Origin: Macrostomum lignano
Taxonomy: Eukaryota
Reading direction: 5' to 3'
Length of the DNA stretch: 38,611 nt
Assembly (NCBI GenBank): GCA_002269645.1
Contig: NIVC01001687.1
Location: forward strand, 1-38,611
Position 1 is the stretch's first letter, and each line of letters opens with the position of its first letter. The notes under the pieces were generated by a model. It worked only from the letters and a program-made list of their open reading frames with translations. It ran no database searches and was not told the DNA's origin. This document shows, one piece after another, positions 1 to 9,400 of this stretch. Both the position numbers and the translations under genes were made by a program.

Positions 1-76
1 ATTTATCTTATCTTATCTTGTCTTAGCTTATCTTATCTTATTTATATTATATTATCTTACTCTCGTATCTTATCTT
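1..76. repeat. (TTATC)n-type microsatellite, truncated by the window edge
   Basis: Imperfect ttatc/ttatct reiteration from base 1 to about 76. Confidence 0.85.
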
Positions 77-291
77 GCAGAACGATACTCTCCAGATCAG
101 CTAATTAAGCATCTAATTGAGCCAGACCAGAGGCGTAGGCGGAGCAGTTTCTTATAATTTTAGTGCCTAAACCATGCTAGTTATTCCAGCGGTAAAAACT
201 TTTTTAGCTGGTCCAGTCTAAACCGCTTATCAGTAGGAATAGAAAGCCATTTTAGATGGATTAGAAAGCCAACACGAAACGAAGATTTTGA

Positions 292-947
292 AAAAATTTT
301 GCTGCGCCGGTACGGAGCAACGCAGGTACATGAAATTCAAGAATACAGACCAAATTTTTGCTGCACACCTTCTCAAACAAGAATTAAGTTGCCAGCCCTT
401 CGGACCGTCGAGGTATTCAGCGATTCTGTCACTCAGAAGGTCAGATTCTTCCTATAAGCGCCAGTGCATTCAATGCACCCCTGTGCGCTAATCAGCCTTG
501 CCAAGCCCCAATTTCATCAGCACGTCGACCACATGTGTCTGCTTCAGCTTGACTTCTTGGTCACTGGCTTTCACCCAGGTGGAGCTTCTGGACCTTCAAC
601 AGGTAGCACCAGGTGACTAAGGGCACCCTACTGTTGCAAATTTCTCTAGTTTCAGTGATCAAGCCTCGACATTGGGCAAACCTCAACTGCCGGGCATCCT
701 CTGCTAGTCTTTCAAGCATTCCATCATCACTCCGACGCCGTCAGCACCTTCAACATAAATGACACCAGGGACTATGGACTATAGCTGAGGATGTCCAGCA
801 GTAGAGTTGGCATAATGGTTAAATAATCTGACGATCCGAAGCGGCTGGCAACTTGGTTTTTGTTTAAGAGTTGGTGCAGCGCAACAAAAAGTGTTCTTGA
901 ATTTCGTGCGCCTGCGTTGCTTCGTTCCGGCCGCAGCAAAAAATTGT
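292..947. mobile_element. Non-autonomous foldback/MITE-like element with long (about 120 bp) imperfect terminal inverted repeats
   Basis: Left arm aattttgctgcg-ccggtacggagcaacgcaggtacatgaaattcaagaa...aagttgccagcccttcggaccgtc (about 294-409) is the reverse complement, with mismatches, of gacgatccgaagcggctggcaactt...ttcttgaatttcgtgcgcctgcgttgcttcgttccggccgcagcaaaaaatt (about 830-945). No recognisable ORF inside and no TSD identified. Confidence 0.7.
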
Positions 948-1215
948 CAGGGTGAATCCCCTTTTGTAGTTCTACAATCTACTGCTAAATTGGGATATTT
1001 ACATGTATTGTATTGTATCAAAGGCCATAAAACTATTTTGCTTGATTAAAGTGCACATGCAAGTTCCGAAAATTTACTAAAAATATAGACTAAGGGATCA
1101 AAATGTTCCAAAGTACAAAACATGTTTGACACTTATTGGATTTAAGTCATTCAAGATCAAGCAAGCCGTATTAAAAAAGAAGAGTTGGAATCCGCCCCCC
1201 CCCCCCACTTGACAG

Positions 1216-1877
1216 GCCTGAGGACATCCAGATTTGCGTCGACGACGGCCGGCTAATCCGCATTCACGCCAAGCGCCAGCTGGGCGAAGATCTCACCGAA
1301 GTTCGCCGCACACTGTGCCTGCCCAGGGAGGCCGATAATCAAAATGTGAAATCTCGATTCTCCAGAGATGGCTGGCTCATTGTGCGGGCCCATTGCGAGC
1401 CAAGAGGATCGACATTCAACTCAGACATCGCTGTCCACCATGGAGACCGTCCGGATCCTGAGACGGGTCAACCTCGTTTTCTACTGGTGAGGGGCTAAGA
1501 TGATGATACGTTTGTCTGTTGAATTGTCTCGACCATTCTTTTGGGTAGAGTATGAAAGCATGTAATTTGGGTCTCATCGGTGTCAGATCGCGAGGGTCGT
1601 AAAACCTGAACTGCCATTTGCATCCCAACTGCACCGCAGATTCGTGTCAGCGTGCGCGACTTCGGCGTGGAAGACATCAGCGCCAGCGTCACGCAGGACG
1701 ACGCAAGGCTGCTGTGTGCGCGCTAAACGGCTCGATTGGCAGCTGGACGGGCGTCGGCTTCATCGATATGTCAAATTCGAAGCGCCGCTGCCGATGGGCT
1801 TTAACAGTAGCCGGATGACCACCAACCTGAAGCAGGACGGCTGGCTCGAGCTTCGGCTGCCGGCTGAGCGCAGGTGA
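1216..1877 (+). CDS. Small heat-shock protein (HSP20/alpha-crystallin family) with two tandem alpha-crystallin domains; last two visible exons 1216-1486 and 1640-1877; upstream exon(s) not located
   Basis: Exon after a cag acceptor reads PEDIQICVDDGRLIRIHAKRQLGEDLTEVRRTLCLPREADNQNVKSRFSRDGWLIVRA. A GT-AG intron spans 1487-1639. The next exon reads IRVSVRDFGVEDISASVTQDDARLL...VRAKR...RYVKFEAPLPMGFNSSRMTTNLKQDGWLELRLP*. Both show the alpha-crystallin pattern (PEDI.V...L.I.A ... LP ... DG.L.+). One frameshift near 1712-1720. Confidence 0.8.
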
Positions 1878-2998
1878 AGAGGCAGAAGAGCTCAGCGGTT
1901 GAAGTTAGACTCCCATCAAAGTAAATTTTAATACCTTGCGTATTGACCTTGCCCCTATAATGCCTGTTTACGGGCTCGAGACCAGGCCTGCAATGATAAT
2001 AAGTAAATGTTGAACTGCAAGCACTGAACATTTCTGAAAAACGGCAAATTGTCTTGATGACCCCCCCCCTATCCCGTGTTTTAACGTTTTCCTCGTTAAG
2101 GATCAGTTAATGTTAACTTTTGTTTTACCGCATTACTGTTTTTATCCAGCCTGCTTGATTTTTAATCAAAAAATGAAGATAATCTTGAAAGCATTATACA
2201 AAGTTAAGTTTTAATTTTTTGTAAAACCGTTGCATTGTTTCGTGTTAAAACTGTGCTCAAGTTATATTGTTCCTGGTAATTTTAGTAGCTATTATTATTT
2301 CTAGCTATAGTTCAGTAAGCTTACGTTCGTATCCGCTACTATTAATAATTCCAAAAAACAACTATAAGGTACCATGCCACTTTCTTTTTAAATTATCATT
2401 TGAAGTAACTATATACTGTATCTGAATGCACAAACCTTGGCATTTGTCAAAGGCTGTTTAGAAATATCATTTTTGGAATTCTGATAATTAATTAATGAAT
2501 ATGCTGGTAATTTGATGTAATTCTGCTAAAAGAACTCGGAACTTCAAGTCAGAGTTTACACGAGGCCAAAAAATCCTTAATGTGTTGAGCTTGCGCAAAC
2601 AAATAATGCGGTACCACAGCTATAGAAATGGGAAGTTCTTCATGATATCACAAAATCTTTTCTTTTAAGAGGCTTTAAGCAATACAAGCAATTAGAACTG
2701 CGAAGTCCATTCATTGCCATGACCAAGTGGGACTGTACGGATGACCTGTAAGGGCCATGGCGATCTCAACTCATTCATGAATCATTCCCACCTTATGCCA
2801 AATTTTGAAATTGGAAAAAAATTAATTCTCTGTTTCAATTGTTTTTAATGAGATCCTGTTTTCAAAGACAGAAGATCAAAGACACTTTAAAACTGATGCT
2901 ACCGATCTCACTGAACGAAATGGGAAGCTGAAAGTACACGAAAAAATGGAGGCGGAAGACTAACGAAATATTTGCGAAGTCAGTTTGTACTGATGAGG

Positions 2999-3488
2999 CT
3001 ACAGCACAGACTCCTTGACAACTAAAGCCTCTTTCTCGGTAGCTGCATCATCTCGAGCGCCGCTGTCCGTTGGGGGCGGTGGCGCAGCTGGCAGCGGCAT
3101 CGAGTAGTCATGAGGGCAGATCCCGATGGCGAGCTCCGGATGCTGGGGTGCTTGTAGAGAATCTCGTTTGATCTCTGCGACGAAGGAGGCCGTTCCAGAT
3201 TGGACACCGGGCTTAACTGGTAGCTGAGTTCGGCTTCTTGGAAACCGGTGATCGATCAGCGGCTGATGGTGGTGGTGGTGGTGCTGCTGCTGCTGCTGAT
3301 GTAGATGAGGATGAGAATGCTGAGGCTGGGGCTGCCGACGGCGCTGGTGGCAGTTAGGCAAAGCAGTTTCAGGGCCTGGCATCAACTTTGACGATTGGGA
3401 GCTCGGCTGGCAGTGCTGTTGCACTGGGACGACCTGGGTTGAGAACTGCTGCTCCGGCTGCAGGCGACGAGACAGCTCGGCCTCGGAG
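2999..3488 (-). CDS. GRIN2-like: GluN2-like exon 13 (low-complexity Q/H/P tail ending in PDZ-type ligand ESVL)
   Basis: ccgcag acceptor; the phase matches exon 12; open frame SEAELSRRLQPEQQ...QQQQQHHHHHH...ALVVKESVL*. Confidence 0.78.
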
Positions 3489-6400
3489 CTGCGGGTGGGA
3501 GTCAGTCATTATAACAAAAGAAAAAAGTGAAATCCTCCGGAAACGAATTTTGCTGCTGATCGGACTGAATTGGTCCTAAGGTCCGTTCATTGGTTAATTA
3601 GCGTCAGTTTGGTCTCAAGCGCTTCATGTTTTGGCACCGTCAGTCAGGCGGATTACAAAAGCCGAACTTCGAAATGTTTTTCCAATTTAGTGTTAAGAAA
3701 GTGAAGAGTTTTAATCCGGCAGGTTTGTTTTCAGGTTAAATCAAACCTTCAAATACTCCGGTCCGCAGGCCACATGCGGCCCGCAGAGCCTCCCTATCCG
3801 GCCCTCGGGTCTTTTGAAGCATCCCAATAGGCAATAGCTATCCGGCCCTCGGTCTTTTGAAGCATCCCAATAGGCAATAGCTATCCGGCCCTCGGTCTTT
3901 TGAAGCATCCCAATAGGCAATAGCTATCCGGCCCTCGGTCTTTTGAAGCATCCCAATAGGCAATAGCTATCCGGCCCTCGGTCTTTTGAAGCATCCCAAT
4001 AGGCAATAGCTATCCGGCCCTCGGGTCTTTTGAAGCATCCCAATAGGCAATAGCTATCCGGCCCGCTCAATGTTTACGAGAGACATCTCTTCTCAGTGCT
4101 CTTCTCTCCTCTCTTCTTTCTTCTCCTTTATTCTCTCGCCTCTCCTTTCTCTTATTTCCCTTTTCTCTTCTTTATTCCCTCTCCTCTCTTCCCTCCTCCG
4201 GCCCACAGTCATTCTCTACGTTCTCTATCTGGCCCTTAAGGTAAAAAAATTGCCAACCCCTGCCATAAGCAAGTTCAATTTTTTTAATTCTTCAAAAGAA
4301 AGTAGTACGATATTTTTATGATATCTTATCTGGGCAAATTCAGTTTCTAGAGAAGTTAATTAAAAGAAAAGAAATTATTATCGGAAGTCAGCATGCACTT
4401 ATACAGCCGATAAGCAGACCTGTTAGCGGAAATCTCCAGGTAGCCGCCGCCGCCGCCACCAGCAGGCTCGCCCTTGCGTCTCCGGCTCGAACCATTCAGA
4501 CCACCGCTGCCGCATTGTACAGGCGACTGCTGATCAGCCAGGTGACGCAACCCCCTGGCTGATGTTGATGCTGTTGCTGCTGCTGCTGCTGCATCATCAG
4601 CAGGGTCTCAAGCTTCTGCAGCCGCCGTCTGGAAGTCTCCAACTCGTGTCGAAGTTTCCATTGCTGAGTCTCGCAAATTGGATTCTTGCATTTGTGGTGC
4701 TTCATCAGGTCTACGGTTTGGTTCACTGACTGCTCAAATGACAATAGCTGGCCCATACTCTGTAAAAGTGACCGGGAATAGACTGATTTGTTTGGCTATT
4801 TATTTAAATCAGATTGAATATCTTTGCGGGAATAACTATACATTAACGAGTCTAGTTCATTGGCACACTTCAGGAACCGATTGATAATGCATTAGTTACC
4901 TACTATTAGCTATACTTTAATGGTATTAAAATAATAATAATTGATTACACCTGCCCTAATGGGCAGTTTTGCAACCGACAGCTCAGCCGCAGCTATTGCG
5001 CGGCGCATCTGAAGGCTGCGTACGGCTGTTCAGTCCAAGGACTGGGGGGTCGCCACACACCCTCAATTACCCCAGCTAATGCTGGCACCCATTTTACAAC
5101 GGGTGAACTGAAGCAATGGTAGATTGTATAGTATGTATTATCCTTGAATAATGATCGCTGTCACGAGTGGCGAAGCCACGAGTGGCTGTCGATCATTATT
5201 CAAGGATAATACATACTACACACGCTCATTGTTCTATGGCCTAAACGAGTCCCGCGATCATTGCGTACCGATCATTCCGTACCGCATAGATGTTTTCATT
5301 GCGTACCGCTTAGAATTTCTCGAAGAACAGGCCATAGACAATTTTTAATCTTGGGTGAAAAGACTTGAGGGAAGAGTTGGAGGTACCATAGACTATGATT
5401 TTCCTTGACTAAAGGCTCTTTAAAGGGTCTGTTTTCTAAGGCAAGACCAGAGGAATTTTACGCTCGTCTTAAAATGGCTTTGATCAATTGGAAACATCTT
5501 CCCTGCGAATCGTTGGATGGAGTTAGCGACAGTGAACTAAGCTTTATTACTGCGCTAAGTTATACTGATCACCACGACGACACCGATCTGCAGAATTTTA
5601 TTGGCTTCCTCACGGATCTGCAGGCTAACTCGGAAGATTATGTTTCCGGAGTCAAATTGCCAGAATTACCTGAGTCTGTGGCTGCCGACATGGACCAAGT
5701 CGAGTTAGACTCGCTACCGCGCTCCACCCAAGAACAAATGATGCAACAGGGAGGTCGATTCATTGCCTTCATGCGCAAGCATACGACTGAAGAAGTACAA
5801 AGCATGACCAACGAGAAGCTAGGAGAGTATCTTCGTTTCTATTATTTTGGACTAAAGAAATCTGATGGAAGTCTGTATTCGCCTGCTACCCTTGTATGCA
5901 TTCGAGCTGGTGTGCAGCGTTACCTAAGAATGATACTCAAGATGCAGACAGACATTATGAATGGGCCAGAGTTTGAAGCGGCTAACAGAATGCTTCGAGT
6001 GAAAGTTCGTCAGTTCAGCGCTGAGGTGGAGTTGTTCAACAGTTTCAACCTATTGAGGACGGAGACCTTCGAAAAATCAGGCAGCATTTTGACAGATCGA
6101 CCGCAGAAAAACTTCAAGATGAGGTAATTTTTTTGTAATTTTCTATACTCTAGGAGAGAGAGGCCAGGAACATTTGGAGTCGATTCGAAACGTGGGACAC
6201 TACTAGATTGTAAAGACGCGGATGGCACAGCTACCTGAAGCTTCCGCCTTTGCCAACTAAAAACCAGTCTTCGGATCCGACAAAGTGCAAGGGCAACGTT
6301 GCAAAGCAGAGTCGCATCTATGGAGCTGAGAGAGATCTTATTCTTCACTACCAGTCATTGTTGCCAGAAGGAGTCGACAATTTCTTTCCACGACCACTCG

Positions 6401-9400
6401 CTAATGCTTCTAATGGAGTCTTGAGGTTTTCTAGTCGCCAAGTGCGTGGCGTCAACTGGTTGTGCTCATTCATGGGACATCTCAGTGAAGTGTGTTCGCT
6501 TTCGCAGCGATACACGAACCATTGCATTCGCGTCACGCGCATCTCGGACCTATATGACAGCGGTCACAGCATGGACGAGATAATGGCCGTTACGGGACAA
6601 CGTAGTGAAGCTACTGTGCGCCGTTACTTATCGCGCAAAAGGGATAGAGCATTGAAAAAGGTCGCGACTGCTGTCAGCACTAGTTTTCAACGTGACGTGA
6701 CTGCTGTCAGCACTAGTCTTCAACGTGACGTGTCGGATGTGAAAAGTCTGCCAGCTGCAAGTGACAGCACGCTGGATAGTTCGTTGACTACACAATTCAA
6801 CAATTTAGCAGGTACTTCGTTTGTTACTTCACCAGCCGGTAGCACAGTGGCCGTTTCAGTAGCGCAACAACAATTGGATGTGAGTACAGCAGTGCGTCAG
6901 CCGATGTTTGCCAACTGTAGCTTTTCTAATTGTACTTTTAATTTATAATAAGTTAGGCTTCGACATTGGACTTCGTATGTGGACAGTGACAAAGTTTGCT
7001 TTTGAGACCACTTTTTCTTCTGAATGATATGTTTGTCAATGCTTAATCCGATCTGAATCTTCTAATTTCTTAAAATCTTAATCTTCCAATGCTAGGAATC
7101 CAAATATCCTACTACTAGGAATCCCACTCTTTCAATTCTAGTAGTCACAATCTTCCAATCTCTTTAATGACACCCTCCTAATCAAATTTATTTCAAAATA
7201 CAAAATTTACGCATAGTTTGCGTTATTATATCATTGTTTGTTGTGCCTGTACGCATTTTTCATATCTATTTATGCCATTCTCAATTGCCTACTGTATCTA
7301 TCGTCACTTTTGTTAAATAAACTGTTAACTGATTATTCACCAAGTTTTGTCTATGGTTTAAATTCGCTTTGGAAGCCTAAAATAATGGCGTTTTTTGGAC
7401 AATCATTAAGACTCGGGTGGGCCATAGAACAATGCAGATTTAAGCGTCTTGCTCAAGGACACAAATTTTCCAGTAGGATCGAGAATCGAACCCCCGACCT
7501 TCACGTCGTGAGTCCGACGCTCTAACCACTGAGCTACGACCTCTTAATAATTATTAATTATTGATATATTCTTGATTAATATATAATGGTATTATTAAAA
7601 TAAAAATAATCAGCATACCGCTATATTCATCTGATTTTACTACCGTTTTTTTTCACACCGCTTTATAAAACTGGCACCAGCGAATAAATTCCGCATTAAA
7701 ATCCAAAGTCAAAGGTGTGCTTATATAGTGCCATGTGCCTCAAATGAAATTTGTTTGAATTATTTCGACAATAAACTCGATATGGCTTGGGCCATCTGCG
7801 CCACCTGAGCAGGCGGTGAAACTGGTTTGTCTTGGCTTTCGAGGCCTCTTGATGGACATGGCGCATGGGAAAGGGAGAACAGGGCCTATTTTAAAGCCTG
7901 GGCTGCAGCTGCGCCTGTCTCCGGAACTGCGACTTCATTCGGGATGTTCAGGCAAACACACTGCCACTCCCTCCCATGAGATGTAGCTTGCATCACGGGA
8001 ATGCTGCTCACCCCCGCCCCTCGAACTGCCTGCCAGTCGGTCTTTTTCTCTTCCCAATTATCCAGCTGACCTCAAAAGCAGGCAGCATTAAATTTATGAG
8101 CCCTCTAGCGTCGCTCCCGCCCTGAGCTCGCCTCCTGCTGCATGGTCGCCCCGCCTCTTATGCCCGAAAGGAAAGGCTCGGGCGGAGTGACTGGGCGGGA
8201 CAGTGGCGGGGAGGGCGAGAGTGCAAGTAGTGACACGGTGGGATGCGGAACTGCTGGTTATGCTAATGAGACTGCCAACCTGGAAGCGCATATTCCCCAG
8301 CGACCGGGCCTCCATCCGCTGCAGCTCAGGGAAAAGCCAGTGAAACTGCAGCCGGCTCTCATCCTTTTTCGGACCCAGATATTGCCAAGTCGACTGTTGC
8401 CGCGAATTCTTCCGGCTTGGGAATAATTACGTGTTAAAATTTGTGAATTTTGTCTCTCTCCGGACCTTTCTAGCCTGTCTGCGCGGGAGCAATGAGTAAA
8501 AGCAGACATGCGCTTTGAATACGAAGGAAAATATTGTATCAGCAAACATCCAAATAGTTTGCGGGCTAGTTGCACCACAAGTTGCGATAGTCTAAAAATC
8601 TTACATGTAAATTAAACAAAGACTAGTGAAAGTTGAAGGGTAGGAACAAAGGACCAGAATAGGTCATTTTTTACTCACTATAGACACTAGCCCGCAGCAG
8701 CCGTACTTGTCGAAATCCTTTAGTCTAGGCCGCATGTAGCGGTAGAACCAGTGCTCCAGCAATAGCAGCAGGCAACACAGAAGCATCCCGCCGATCAACA
8801 GGATGAACGCGCTGATGAAGTTTTTCACGCCCAACGTCTGGTTGGAGTTTCGCAGACGGCCGCTCTGCTGACAGGCGCCCGTGAACCAGTATTTGCTCCA
8901 GCGCTCCAGCAGGCCTAAAAAATTTAGTTTTTGTTTTTATTTTATAGTTAGCTCGACGGGTGAATTTTTTGACAACTACTAGCCTTACTATAGATCAGTC
9001 GACCCGCAACCAGTAAGGAGGAACGCATGCACAACATTGTGCCATGGTTCTGCCTTCATTTCTCTTTCGCGACAAGACCAAAGCCAACTTTGGTACTCTG
9101 ATGCTTTTATAGAGAGTAAAACGTGTTACCACCGAGCTTACTTTGCCACCTCTCAACATAAGTTGGTTTTATCTGCGAGTCTACCCGACCTCTGCTTAGG
9201 CAGCAAAGAACGCACCGTTCTTTCTGTAGATAAGAATCTGACTATCGATGTCGGGCTTCCACTCAGAGCCTTTGGGAAATCCAACTCCGTAGCCAGTCAT
9301 TGAGTACCAGTTACCAACAGTTTTCAGCTTGCAGTCTTTGTCTTTCCCGACCCGGTACTGCAGTACAGTTGCGTCGTAGATGAAGGCGTCAATTTCGCTG

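Larger units (their letters stand above)
5119..7434 (+). mobile_element. Crypton-like tyrosine-recombinase DNA transposon (about 2.3 kb) inserted in a SINE within intron 11 of the GluN2-like gene
   Basis: Flanked by a CAATG direct repeat (5114-5118 and 7430-7434); the empty site is reconstructed from the intact SINE at 24381. It has a left-end hairpin with 29-bp perfect arms, a 15-bp inverted repeat (5227-5241 vs 7420-7434) and an internal tyrosine-recombinase gene. Confidence 0.88.

Noticed and set aside
6124-6153. 30-bp GT...AG intron in the recombinase gene
   Set aside because: Splicing it would not restore the GERGQE frame and would delete the conserved hydrophobic VIFFVIFYTL segment. 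One extra T in the T7 run explains the data better.
6020-6240. Programmed ribosomal frameshifting or RNA editing to express the recombinase
   Set aside because: Four successive shifts would be needed, and the same kind of 1-bp loss affects ordinary host genes in the window.
5405-6948. Bacterial or phage integrase acquired by horizontal transfer, or contamination
   Set aside because: The motifs (DGSLYSPATLVCIRAGVQRYL, NCTFNL tail) are of the eukaryotic Crypton/DUF3504 type, and the element sits inside a host SINE within a spliceosomal intron.
7470-7543. tRNA gene (apparent CAC anticodon), and likewise 24381-24450
   Set aside because: The anticodon and acceptor stems do not pair, and both continue into a shared CORE-like body. 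These are SINE heads, not tRNA genes.
4917-7608. taatggtattaaaata-like sequence on both sides of the split SINE as its TSD
   Set aside because: It is AT-rich and imperfect, and the right copy is about 40 bp from the SINE head, so a chance match cannot be excluded.
8094-8578. Short GC-rich ORFs in intron 11 of the receptor gene
   Set aside because: No recognisable domain, and exons 11 and 12 join in phase without them.
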